A DNA stretch of 60,236 bases, filler included, from Hausera hauseri (lineage: Eukaryota), in NCBI GenBank assembly GCA_046269625.1. It is 12 parts of 12 records of this genome, joined end to end, with 100 filler letters (N's around TTAATTAATTAA, not from the genome) between each part and the next. Parts side by side here need not be neighbours in the genome. Positions count along the whole stretch, not along the records: positions 25,339 to 29,414 come from JBJURY010777091.1; positions 29,515 to 33,927 come from JBJURY010594222.1; positions 34,028 to 39,791 come from JBJURY010192527.1; 9 more parts are not named here. One strand, written 5' to 3'. Under the pieces are notes generated by a model. The model made no database searches. It worked only from the letters and a program-made list of their open reading frames with translations, and had not been told where the DNA came from. Of this stretch, positions 25,339 to 38,187 are shown piece by piece (position 1 is the first letter of the stretch; each line of letters opens with the position of its first letter). The translations under genes and the position numbers were made by a program.

Positions 25339-26192
25339 TTTGTGATTTCACCATCAATATTAGTGTGTATAGTCTCGAGGAAAAAATTCACCTTGATCGC
25401 ATTTAAATCTTGTATTGCATCCTCCAAAATACCAGCGATTTCCGACTTGCGATTTTCCAGAAATTGAACAATACTCCGGTTTTCTGCATCCGTTTGCGGT
25501 TCAATTGAATATTCCCGTACTTTGCATTTCATGGCGTGTTTGACTGCCGTTCTTTTGCGTGGTGCCTTTTGGTATTTTTTGTGCTGGCTTTGCCTTTGTT
25601 TTTCGATTTGATATATCATTTGATTTTTAAGGGACTGGTTCATCTATGTCAATAGCATTCGTTGTTGTTGCGGGAACTGCTGGATCTTCCACTGCTTCCT
25701 TTAACAAATCACGTTTTCTTTTTGATTGAAATTGCCCCAAATGTGATCCATATTTATGAAGAAAATCCTCATAATTCGACGTTTCGCATGTTTGACATTG
25801 AGGACAAACATAATATTGTACTCCATAACGCCTGACTCCGTAGTATGCATACGACTTGGCATTATCTTGGACGTGATTTTTTTGTTGAATACGATTGATC
25901 GAATGTTGAAGGCGATAATTGCGATGCCAGTTCTAGATATTTTTCTTTTTGACTCTGAAATTGATTTAGGTGGCCATTGTGTTGCTTGTAAAATTCCATA
26001 TAAGGCATATCATTTTGCGATCGGCATACTGGACATATAAATCCATGTTTTGATGCATAATACTTCTGCATCTTCTGATGGCACTTCTCTGGATCTTCGT
26101 GCTAGTTATTGCCACAATAATTCATGTACGTCTTACACTAGAACATTATATTAATAAAATCAACAAACTGAAACAAATCATACTTTAATCAT
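25339..26192 (-). mobile_element. pPolB 5' end (N-terminal region) with 46-nt intron
   Basis: ATGATTAAA|gtatga...ctag|TGT. Tandem Cys/His domain. SIVQFLE..EIAGILE...LNAIKVNFFLE is homologous to 24870-24970. Confidence 0.75.
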
Positions 26193-26587
26193 TTTTTATT
26201 GAAATATTGATTGACTAGAATAAATACTGTATTGACATTGTTTCCTTAATTTATGTTTCATTTTAACAATGTTATTGGTTGATTATATTAACCTCTTATT
26301 TAACTTAATTTCATGATTTACGTCAATCTTCGTTCTGAGTAATGGAAGAAAATATACTACATAATATATCGATATGTACTTTTAAAGACATCCATAAACC
26401 CATTACTCTACATTTACCATTTTTGAAAACAACCAAAGTATATTTGTCCAATCTCAGTACACATTGTTGAGGTTTCCATTTATTAAATTATAAATGTTCA
26501 ACTGTTCCACGAATATAACCACGATAATGTATTGATGATATCATATTGTTTACATTTACTTTTTCTTGTGTCTGAGTTTTTTATGTT

Positions 26588-26611
26588 TGTGTGTGTGTGT
26601 GTGTGTGTGTG
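26588..26611. repeat. (TG)12 microsatellite
   Basis: Read directly from the sequence. Confidence 0.95.
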
Positions 26612-27089
26612 ACGAAGACATCCATAAAACAAATAAAATCGATATTTGTCTAAAACCACATAAAATTTCATGTGTTCAAAGTTCACATGTACATAGAAAA
26701 TTGGTTTCCTCTTGCTATACGTTGATGGAGATGTGTAAAAACTTTGCAACATACATCCATAATCAGTAACCGATGACCGATCGATTGAACCCGATTATGT
26801 TTAATTTGGACGAATTTTTTTCCGATTTTCGACGCTTCTCATCGCACTTCCGTTCGGGAATGCGTTATTTCCATTCGGACACCGTTATCGAATAGCGCTC
26901 GTCATGGGCTTTCGTTTGATATGCTACTCTACACTGGATTCCATTATCAGTGCGCACACACATGGGTATCTGTGACGTCATCGGTGCATCGTGCTCCTTT
27001 TTTGCGGTACCGTTCGGTTACTCATCGCCCAATTGTTACGGGACCGGTGACGGCTTACCGATAACGTTTTCCAGTTCCCCATAAACCAT

Positions 27090-27405
27090 ATGCCGGTCCT
27101 GGCTCACTTTTTCTCCTTCGCCCCTTGCTTCGGCGTTCCATCCGATCGACTTATTTCCTTCGGCATTCGATGCGCCATTGCTGTCCTATCATTTCTATGT
27201 GCCACACATGACCGTGCACCATTTCCTTCTAACATCCGCATTTCTTCGTGTATTTTCCCTGCTTCCGAGGTGCACCGTGCACTCTTGTCCTTGTGATTTT
27301 CGAAACCTCCGTCGCCAAGTTGACAAATTCACTATCCGTGTGCACATCTAGCACGCTTCGTATTGGCTGCATGAGGGCCCCCGGAGGCTGAGCTAGGACC
27401 GGCAT
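27090..27405. mobile_element. ~316-bp element bounded by 17-bp inverted repeats (MITE or solo-LTR-like)
   Basis: ATGCCGGTCCTGGCTCA ... TGAGCTAGGACCGGCAT. No clear TSD. Confidence 0.55.
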
Positions 27406-27418
27406 TTTTCTATTACTC

Positions 27419-28442
27419 ATGGAACGAAATTTTAAGCGTGCTACAGTGTACATCTTCAAAAACTCGAAAAAAGAATCATTAGAAAGGAAACCAGGTTCGA
27501 GCAAAAAATCTAGTTTAGATAAATCAAATATGAAGCGACTACTCAAAATGGCTACTGCTGAGAAGGTGGCAAAATCATATGCATCTTTGTCCAAGCGTTT
27601 TAATTCTGATTATAGAACTGTGAAAGTCCATTTGAAGAAAATGATGATTATCAAGACAGCTGTTTGTCCACTTCAAGCAAAATCTCGACGAAGCCGTTTG
27701 AAAAGCTAGTAACAGAAATTTTCCTTGCCAGGTCAAATGTAGTTTGTGTGATGGATTGCGAGACATATCTGACGGTTGATGGAAATAAATGGCAAGGAAA
27801 ATACTTCTACCAGTCAAAGGACTCCCCAACAAGTGAAACTGTAAAGTATATACCCCGTGCAAAGTTTCCAAAGAAGGTATTGCTATAATTAGTTATCCGT
27901 GAGCGTGGCATATCCGAGCCACTGTTCATCAAAAGTGGTTTGGCCATCACAGGAGACGTTTACCGTACCAAATGCTTGCCTAAGATTGCCAAATTCATTC
28001 GGAAGAAACATGCTGGTGATGCGGTTGTCTTCTGGTCTGACTGAGCATCCGTACACTACGCTCAAAGTGCTTTAGACACAATGACCTCTCTGAGCATTCC
28101 TTATATCCTAAAAGATATGAACCCCCTAATGTTCCTCAGCTAAGACCAATTGAGGATTATTGGTCTCATTTCAAAAGTTTTGTCTACTCTAATAATTTTC
28201 AAGCCAAAATGCAGATTCTTTGATAATGAAGGCAAGATCAGTCCTCAGGAAAATACCTACATCTTCCTTTATAACAGCAATGGAGAAAGTATCAGCTAAC
28301 TGCCGTAAAGTAGTAAACTTTTTCTTGCATTAATAAGTGTTCATAATGTTCTTAAATATAACAAATTTATGTTGAAATTTATGTGTTGAAAAACAAAGAT
28401 CGACCTTTCACTTCTGTCTCAATTTTAATGTAGGTAACGTTA
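27419..28442 (+). mobile_element. IS630-Tc1-mariner DD37E (ITmD37E-like) transposase, degraded
   Basis: RKPGS, VMDCETY, KFPKKVLL, FWSD*ASVHYA ... NPPNVPQLRPIE with 37 residues between D and E. End ...GTAGGTAACGTTA. Confidence 0.85.
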
Positions 28443-29151
28443 TATTTTTCATATGAATATGTTGTCATTCCATTTTCATTATAAAAGTTCTTTTGTACGA
28501 ATTCTGATATTGACTTCGTCACAATTATCCCATTAACAGTTTGTACATAATGAAGATATATTACGAAAAGGTATTACGAATTCACTAATTAAGGTTGTTG
28601 AAGGAATTAATTTTGTTAAGAATTGTATGTGTAATTTCCGAATAAACGTGAACAAGATACAAAATAATTTAATTTGTGTTCCAAAAGTCTGACTCCTGTT
28701 AAAAGTTTGAACGAAACCAATATATAATTGATATTCACTGTTCTACAGTCGAAATATCAGAGAGTAAATTTACATTTTTGATTATAAAGAACTTTAAAAG
28801 TCACTATTTACAATAGTTTTATGTTTAATTGTATATAAGCCGGTTGAAATTATTCGATTGGTACTTTGGCGAATTTTCAAGTAAATAAACTTTTAGGCAT
28901 GATCGAATATTGATTATTTAACATGTTATTCGAACGAAGTCAATCAGTAACTTAGAGTATTATCTCTACGTCCGTTGTCTAATTATCTCGCATGTCAAAA
29001 ATTAGCGATCCATTTGTTAAGATATTAAAAAACTAAATGAGAATATAGAACAGCTGACACGGCTACCAGAAATGTAATTATAATAATAGCATCATAATAT
29101 GGATACATTCCAAATGAATAATTCTATTACTTATCAATTGTTGTGTTATAG

Positions 29152-29304
<153 letters not shown>

Positions 29305-32259
29305 TAGTTACTAGTATAATGTCTTTAAGTTTTTTAATAATTTTATTACTAACTTTCATACAATATAGATATTCGTGACAATTAGGTCACTGACAAATTA
29401 AAATTCCATTTAGCNNNNNNNNNNNNNNNNNNNNNNNNNNNNNNNNNNNNNNNNNNNNTTAATTAATTAANNNNNNNNNNNNNNNNNNNNNNNNNNNNNN
29501 NNNNNNNNNNNNNNAAAAAAAAAAATCTGTGTACAGAAATAGATCAAGGCAAGCACATGTTCGGGTTAAGTTGTCACCATAACGCCAGGCCCTCTTTTCT
29601 TTCCCAGAAAATTTCTCCGGTACCCAATTTATATGGCTAGGCGAACCCTTGAAGCCTTTTTGTCGAAAAAAAGTCCATCCTGAAATCGCTGAGATTGAAC
29701 GTATGCCCATACAACCGGAAAGCCAGGGCACCAACCTGGATGTCACCGGGGCTCCCTATCTACGCGCACCAAGAGTAGATAACAGCAAGGAATGAAGTTT
29801 AGTCTAATTATGTCCCCTATCTCGGAAACCACGTGATAACTAACTCTGTCTTCCAGACTTGAGGGACAATGTGCACACGGCTGTCACATTCAGGAGCTGG
29901 GAAACAGAAAGTCGCATGAAACATTTGTACCATTGGATAATTAGCCATATCCGATGAACAACAAAAGAACATCTCAACATCTCATCTGAAAAAAGAACCC
30001 ATTTATTTGTAAAATGTGAAGACTGGATTGTGCAAATTAATGCATAATTGGTCATCACTAATCGGAAACTCTGTGGACAAAGAACGTTTCGGATTTTTAA
30101 CACGTGTATACCCAGAGTTTGTAATATCAGAACATGACATGACGCAACTAAAGCAAAGTGGAAAAAACGCTGAGGCTTTTAGAAACACAAATCTTATTCT
30201 TTGACAATAAACATATTAATTTCTTAGTTTTTGAGGTGTTCAGCAGAAGCAGGTTGCTGGCTAAGCAACACGTAGACAATATCCCATCTCCTATCTGTAG
30301 GCTGTCTCGTCCCCTCCAAACCATCCATCCGTCTGTCTGTCCATCCATCTCTAAAATATCGCATTTATTTTCGACACCGTCCCTTTCAATTAAAACAAAA
30401 ACACGCCCACGTTTTGTAAGTGCATCTGACACTCTCAGGAATGCCCACATTATCACTGGAAGCAGCGGCGTTTGACGGGCAAATCAAGTTGTGTGCCCCT
30501 AACTCGTGGACCATTCGTGTCCCTTTGTGCTATTACAATTATTTTGTTTTTAGTTTTTGCGCCAATAAGAATATTGTGTCCGAGGCGACAGACCCCCCAA
30601 ACCCCCACGGTACACCAGGGATTGTTTGTTTAGTCAATGTTAAAATTATACCAATGATCGATGTCTAGTCCATTTTTTTTAAAGTGCCAATACAACGTAT
30701 GTGGTGTCAAGTAATTTTGGCACGTCCAAACGCAATTTCTTACACTTGCTCCCCTGAGGGTTTTGTCATTTATGGACGATTGATATCGTCATTACAAAAC
30801 GGTGAAACGTATGAAACAAGAACACATATTACTATCAGTGATGGACGATGAGATCGGGACTCATGTAAAAATTCGAACTTTAAAGATCCAATGTCAGGAA
30901 ACAGGACAGTCGAAAAAAGAAAGAAATCAAAACTCGCCTTTGCTACGGAGTTTGTAAACTCAGGTAGTTTCTCACAAAAATATCGGGGCACTCATGGAGA
31001 TAGATAATCCGATGTGCAGTGTTGATGGCCCATGAAATAAGCTGTGTTAATCATTCAGTCGATAGATCCCATTCCGTGCATGCGGAATGCGTCTATCGGT
31101 GGTCTGACTCCCCCATCTATCTGAATTAAACTTCGTGACCATATAACTACTGTTTCTTACCTGAAATGTAATTGTCGTTGAGTTTGTCCGCCCAGCAGTT
31201 GTGGTCGATATCGATTTTGATAAAGTTCTCACAAGAATCGCTGGATTCCATGGCGTGATTTTTTCAAATGAGTGATTTACGCTGAAGAGATAAAACACAC
31301 ACATTCGTTTTTGCTCGTGAATGAAAGATGGACATTATTCAGGCAAAAGGCCACGATGCCTATTTATTTACTCCGGTAAAATAAAGGATTGGATTTTCTT
31401 TTATATGTAAGAAATATTATTGTTAGCATGGTCTTGTTTAATTTCATTTCACTAAACTGAAGATGCACTTTTCTGTAAGAACATGTTTAGAATACATTTA
31501 ATACTTGTACAAATGGAGTTGATTTTAAGCATAACGCGCAAATCAATCCTGTAAGCAATGTTGCATTGCTTAAACAAGAAGTCACATATACAGTCAATAA
31601 CATATGTACAATAATTACGATCAAGCCTTTTTTTTTCCTCTTAAATTGGAGTTGTAGTAACTTTATGACCACCCTTGTTGTCTCTGACAAATTGAAGACC
31701 TGTCCGCCTGCGTTTCTCAGAAAGGCATTTTTTTTTTAAAGTCAAAATTGGAGGGCGTGGTGAGCCTGCAGTATTCTGACACATACATCACTAAAACTAT
31801 ATAAGACAATGTAAGTAGGCGATTATACAAAAGATTGTCACGGATGTTTAGTCATCACAAAAGCCTAGCTGAGCGAGGGGAGTAATATGTGGGTGGTTTT
31901 TTTCCAAGGTCAGTGCTACGCAAAGTGCGCCCGGCGGTCCAGAAGTGGTCCGGAAGCAAATGTTACGCGGACGGTTTAGTTTCAGAATTCTTTTTGTTCT
32001 TGTTGCTTTAGTTCCGATTAGCACTTCTGAGTGAACCCTTAAAAGGGGTTGTTTAGCCCTGGTAAGAGCTGCAGATGGGTAGCTGAGCTTTTCTGCGTTT
32101 CGATAGGTAGGCCTATCTAGGAGGTGGACCGGTCCTCCAAATGGTAGTACAATGCTAGACCTCCACAATCATCAGGGGAAAATCTCGGCCCTTTGTCGGA
32201 TGGCCGGGTAGATGTCCCTCCGGTTGTCAAGGACAGACGATCCGGCCGTGAAATTTTGC

Positions 32260-32700
32260 CACTGGACATTGACTACTGCTAGACTGAAAAAAAGTTTTGA
32301 CCTCTTGACAAAAACCTTGAGTTGGCCCTTCTCTAGTTGTGACAACAAAGGCTGCCTTCTCTATAGGAAATACGACAGCAGTAATAACATTTCCTTTGCA
32401 TCTCCAAGAAGAATTTAATTTCGTCCATTAATTCAAAGACACGACTGATCACATTTCCTTTCGACAGCTTGCGTACATCAGTGTAGCACAAATGTAGAAT
32501 AGTAGATCTTGTGATGTGAATTACCACCCTTGTGATGTGAATTACCACCCTTGTGATGTGAACTACCACCCTTGTCATGTGAATTAGTGTGTATAGATAG
32601 GTTTTTTTGACAGGTACCGGGGGCTCCGTGTTTGATGTGTTTAACAACTTTGATCAAAGAATCGAGTTCCTGTTTTAGAGGAGACATCATTTCCATTATT
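32260..32700 (-). mobile_element. hAT Buster/Charlie (SCAND3-like) transposase fragment
   Basis: LDSLIKVVKHIK ... YTDVRKLSKGNVISRVFELMDEIKFFL, compare HTEVRWLSRGKVLxRVFEL. Confidence 0.8.
32508..32586. repeat. 21-bp tandem repeat x3.75 (CTTGTGATGTGAATTACCACC) inside the hAT fragment
   Basis: Read directly from the sequence. Confidence 0.95.
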
Positions 32701-33149
32701 TATTTATGAAAGTAAAGTGCGCTTGGTAGAGCTTTTCATCCCCCCTTCCCCCTCTCAAGTTTACAAGGTTGGTGGTGGAAAGTAGTAACTACCACTGTAT
32801 TATTTGAAGTCCTCGCTGAACTAGCTGCCACAGTCGACACCACAGTCAATAACGCATACTGTAGCACAGAACCAAATGAGACAAATATCCAGTGATAAGA
32901 CACTCGTTATGTTAAGGCAGTTCATTGAAGACAATAAAGAAAGTAATGTTAGTTGTAAGGAAATGACAAGGTTCGTCTTACATAGTCAGAAACATTTTTT
33001 TTTTGTTTCAATACTTTTAGGATGGATAAAAGACTTGACAAATCACGACGTCTGCTCAGATGAGCGTTGCACGGATGACTTGTCTACAGATGAACCTTTC
33101 TACAATGATAAATAAACATGGACACTTCACAACTGACTTGTGTTTTTAC

Positions 33150-33927
33150 ATGTTACCTACCTACCTACATATCTATCTACCTACATACTTATGTAAATAC
33201 ATACCTAGCTGTCTGCCTTCTTAACTGTCTACTTATCTACCAATCTACGAACCAACCAAGGAACCAGCCTACCTGCATATATACTTGTTTGTCTGTCTGT
33301 CTAACTGCTTGCCTACGTACCTGCCTAATAACGACCTATCAACCTCCGTTCATGCCTACCAACGTATCAATATACCTACTTATCTTCAATCAACCGTCCT
33401 ACATACCTGTCTACCTACCTACGTACTACCTACTCTGCCTACGTACCTATCTACCTACCTATCAACCAACCAAAGAATACATCTACATGCCCACCTACCT
33501 ACAAACCAAGAACATACCTATCTACATACTTACCTGCCTGTCAGACTAATTGTTTAGCCACCAACCAACCCACCTACTTACCTACCTATCAACCTACGTT
33601 CCTACCTACCTACCAACCCAGCCACCTACCGATATATTTACCAGCCAAACAGCTTACCTACCTAAATACCTACACACATACTTAGCTATCTGTCCGACTA
33701 CGTATCTACCTATATTTACTTATCAAAAAATCAATCCAACTACCTACCAACCTACCTACTAATCTACCAACAGCTAGCCAACCTACCTACCTATCTAAAT
33801 TCCTACATACCTCCAATATACCTACTTACCTACTTACTACATAACTGTAATCAACCAGTCTCACTGCCTGCCTCCTACCTACATATCAATTTACCCACCT
33901 ATCCACCTCCCTACATACTTACCATCA
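33150..33927. repeat. Degenerate (CCTA)n / TAGG microsatellite
   Basis: Tetranucleotide periodicity tacc/ctac runs up to the contig end. Confidence 0.9.
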
Positions 33928-34199
33928 NNNNNNNNNNNNNNNNNNNNNNNNNNNNNNNNNNNNNNNNNNNNTTAATTAATTAANNNNNNNNNNNNNNNNN
34001 NNNNNNNNNNNNNNNNNNNNNNNNNNNACAAAGCAAAGAAAAACCATACTGCAAGAACTGAGAGAAATGATAAACATGACAAAACAGTTAGTATGAGAGC
34101 AACAAATTTCGACAACTGATAAACCAGCCGCTGAAACCCACATCATCGTGTCAGCAGGCTAAACGACTGATGAACCCAAATTCTTAAAAACCAGCAAAA

Positions 34200-37100
34200 A
34201 AATCCCAAATGGATTCTGTGAAAAAGCTACGACTTAATGTTCAAACTATGATCGTTAATAATTATGTAAACTTTCATTTGATGTTTCGCCTGACCAACTC
34301 GTTTCTACTCGACCACCTGAGGAAATTCTGAATTCTTTAGATATGTACATTTCTCGGTTTTCTTCGTGTAAGATTCAATATGGACTTGAGATTCTGTTCG
34401 CGAATCCTGAAGGTGGCTTTAAGGAGGCATATATTTCACATCCAGCTGTCCCTTATGAGCAGGCTTACCCACAATCTGTAGCTGATACCTTGCGTGAGCA
34501 AGTTGAGAATATTGCCAAAATGGGTAGTGGTTGGAAGGTAGCGAAAATTCGGAAATATTCCTATCATATAGAACAATTCCACTACCATATCTATCTGGAA
34601 AATCCTATCTACCAACGCCTGAGGCTTTAAATTTTTCAGTCAGTTATTAACGTGCAGAATGGGGATAGTTTGTTTCCTGTACTCTATTCTTGCAGGGACC
34701 AAATATTCGTCTATCCACAATAATAATCAGTTAGTAATTACATTCCTTATTTAAGCGAGTTGATATTCTGCAGAAGATATGCTTATGAAAATATGCAACA
34801 TAAGTAAATTTGTAAGGCAGAATACACAGATGTCAGTTAACGTTTTCTTGTTTAACGATGAGGATGATGTGGTTTTGATGAGGATATAGTGAAAAATCCA
34901 TTCGTTCATATTTTGTATAAAAGCAAAAATCCTAATGGTTCTGTAGTAAACTTGTTGATTTTAGAAAATAATGACAAGTTTCACTATGTTGCTGTCCCTA
35001 ATCTTAAGCGGTTATTAAATATGGACAGTAAGAAAACCCGTATTCAGTGTAAACATTGGTGTGAAAAATGTTTGCATGGATTTAGGCTTGATACGGCTTA
35101 CACTAGGCATTTGCCAATGTGCATGTCTTCTTCGAAGTGCACGACGTTGCACAAAATGCAGGAAAATAAGTTTTGCGAGTTTAATGACTGAGCCAAATCT
35201 ATAAATCCTCCTTTCGTCATGTATGCTGACTTTGAATCTGTTCTCTCTCCTAATGAAAGTCAAGAATATTAATTTGCCTGATGCGGCTGGTCTTTTGTTA
35301 GTAGCACTAACAGGTATTGAATGTGGGAAATTTGTAGGTGAAAATTCCATAGTTGAGTTTCTGATCTGTTTAGAGGAAATTGTCAAGAAACTTGTTTATC
35401 CGTGGTACGAAAATGCCAAAAAGCCAATAATCCCGTTAACAACAGCTGAATAGTTTCAGTTTAAAAACGCTACACAATGTTACCTTTGCCATGAACAGGA
35501 TACTACACTTGTTCGAAATCACTGTCACGTTACAGGTAAATACTTAGGTCCAGCTTCTAATCGGTGTAATTTGGCTCATAAGATAAGGTATAATTTGCCT
35601 GTTATTTTTCATAATTTGCGTGGATATGATCTCCATCATATTTTAAAACACGCACTAAGTAAATTTGCTACTTGGAATTTGAGTATTATTCCGCAAACAG
35701 CAGAGAAATTTTTAACCATGCAGGCAAATATACAGTGTTCATATAAAAAGTTAGTTTCTATTCGATTTCTAGACTCCTTGCAGTTTCTACCTGCTTCACT
35801 TAAGACTTTGGCTTCCGACTTAGATAGGTATCCCTTTAGAGAGTCGGCTTTTCTTTATGGCATTATTAAGGGAAAAGGTATTTTCCATATACTGCAGCCA
35901 AATCTTTCACTGACTTGCAGTCTAGTAAGGAGTTGCCACCAAAATGGGATGCAGTTAGTTATACCGATTATGAGGAAGCACAACTAATTTATTCAAAATA
36001 TAGTTGTAACTCTCTTTTGGACTATATGCTAATATATATAAAGCTTGACGTATACTTGTTAGGCGATATTTTTGAACCGTTCAGAAAGGAGGTTAAGATG
36101 CAGGATGAATTAGAGGCTACTAACTTTGTATCAATTCCAGGTTTAAGTTGGACAACAGCGCTGAAATTTAGTCCCTGTAAAATAGAGTTAATACAGGATC
36201 CTGATATGTACAATTTCTTTCAATCTGGTACTCGCAGTGGCATGAATTTTGTTAATAAGCATAGGGTTGTCTCCGATGAAAGCACCAGTCTTATGTATAT
36301 AGGTTTAAATAATTTATACGTCTGGGCTTTATCGCAACCTCTGACATTTGCGAATTTGGTATGGATATATGATGAAAATAAATTAACTAGCCTGATTGAA
36401 CAGTTGTCCTATATTGACTGTGTTAAGGAAAAAGAGGGTTTAATATTTGAAGTTGATGTGAGCATTCCGGCTGACAAACATGATAGGACCAACTGCCTCT
36501 AGCTCCAATTAATAAGTGTCCTCCTGACTCGAAAGTTAAGAAATTGCTGCTTACACATGAGTCTAAAACCAACTATGTTGTGCACTATCGCCTCTTACAG
36601 TTGTACATGGAGTTAGACGCTGTAGTTGAGAAGGTACATCGAGCCGTTGAGTTTGACCAGGGTTATATCTTTAAGGATTACATCAATCTAAATACTGCAA
36701 AGAGGGCTGAAGCAAATAATCCTTTTGAAAAGGACTTTTTAAGCTTAAAAACAACAGTTTGTATGAGAAAACATTTGAAAATCTGCTGAACAGGTCAAAC
36801 CTGAGACTGTATAATAATTCTAAAAAGCTAATTACATATGCTAGTAAGGCCCAATTTAAAGAGAGCAGTATTATAGCCGATGATCTGGTTGCCGTTCTCC
36901 TCGATAAAGACATAGTCACCTTAGATAGACCACCATACATCGGTTAGGCCGTACCTGATCTATCCAAGTTACGGATGTATGAGGTAAATTATATTGAGTT
37001 GGAGACATATAGGCTTCAGTTTAATTGCGAGTTAAATATTGTTGCTGGTGACACAGACAGTTTTTTCATTGAATACAATGCTGTGGACTTAAAATTGCAA

Positions 37101-37499
37101 CTGCTACCGGCAATAATAGCAAACGAGCAGTTAGATACGTCAAACTATGACAAGATTGATCCACTGTACTCAATTCGTTTTGCAGCTGTAATTGGTAAAT
37201 TTAAAGACGAGAGCAAGGCCTGAGTTCAGTATCAGGAGGCGATTTTCCTACCTCCGAAATCCTATGCCCACAAAACCCAAACCAAACCAGTCCTCAAATG
37301 TAAAGGTATCAATCTCAAGTAGACAGACCAACAGTTCAGTAACTATATACATGCTTATGAAACCGGTCGCAGCACCATGGTAGACCAAAAGCGATTTGGC
37401 AGTAAAAACCACCAGCTGATGACAATCGGTTCAAAAAGAAAGCATTAGGCCCCCCACTGGATTGAGAAAAACTGGAGTGTTGCATAGGGGCATTATTAA
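34200..37499 (+). mobile_element. Nearly full-length degraded pPolB (Polinton/adintovirus type)
   Basis: MGSGW, YADFES, CHVTG, FHNLRGYD, RFLDSLQFL, KGIF, YIKLDVYLL, SIPGLSW, NNLY, KNNS, AGDTDS, GKFKDE and KCKG motifs in order. Confidence 0.93.
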
Positions 37500-38187
37500 T
37501 ATATGAACTTTTTCTATGTACGTATTTTTGTAGATATCAATAAAAGTTTTAAATCTCTTATATTTTCTTTACTTTGTTGTACGAGTGGGAATAGTGAAAC
37601 CGCGATCAGGCCAGAAATCCCTATGTCCACAACCAAAATTTAAACAAGAATCTTTTGGTTCAAACCGACCAATAAGATTAAGTGGGGTGGGAATAGTGAA
37701 ACCACGAACAAATCAGGTGTTATTAGGTCTACCGAATACTGCTCTCTGATTGGTCAGTTTTCCTTATCCCCGATGGCGTATCCTCATTTGATTGGTTACT
37801 TTCCTTCCCTGGGGGGGAGGTGGTCTGATCAAGTGTGCTCCATTCTACATACTGAAGTGGACAGAAACAACAAAGGCGTTTTCAAGGGAGTATACCACAC
37901 TTTAAAATGCTTCTCCGCATACCAGCAAACTAAAGATGGTAAACTTTACATTCATTACTCCATCCGTTTGTATTTAATGACTTTATGTATATTTTATAAC
38001 AGATTGTTTTGGATCGTCTGTATATCGGAAGACAAAAACAGCGTCTATATAAGTTTTAAGATTCTCTTGTGAATATGGCTAAGGCTACTAGTAATGCAGC
38101 CAAGAAACGAGCTCTTGAAAATCACTTTCCCCTAGAACAAATAAAAAGGAAAAGAGGAGCAAAGAAAATCGGAAAACAACAGCAATA

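Noticed and set aside
29800-31370. Possible transposase (piggyBac-like) remnants
   Set aside because: Only vague similarity, and no diagnostic motif could be reconstructed.
32040-32180. Hammerhead ribozyme (CTGATGA...GAAAC on the minus strand)
   Set aside because: Stem II does not follow CTGATGA and no proper stem III/UH cleavage site closes. Not called as an ncRNA.
33118-33762. Y/L/P/T-rich ORFs
   Set aside because: These are translations of a degenerate CCTA microsatellite.
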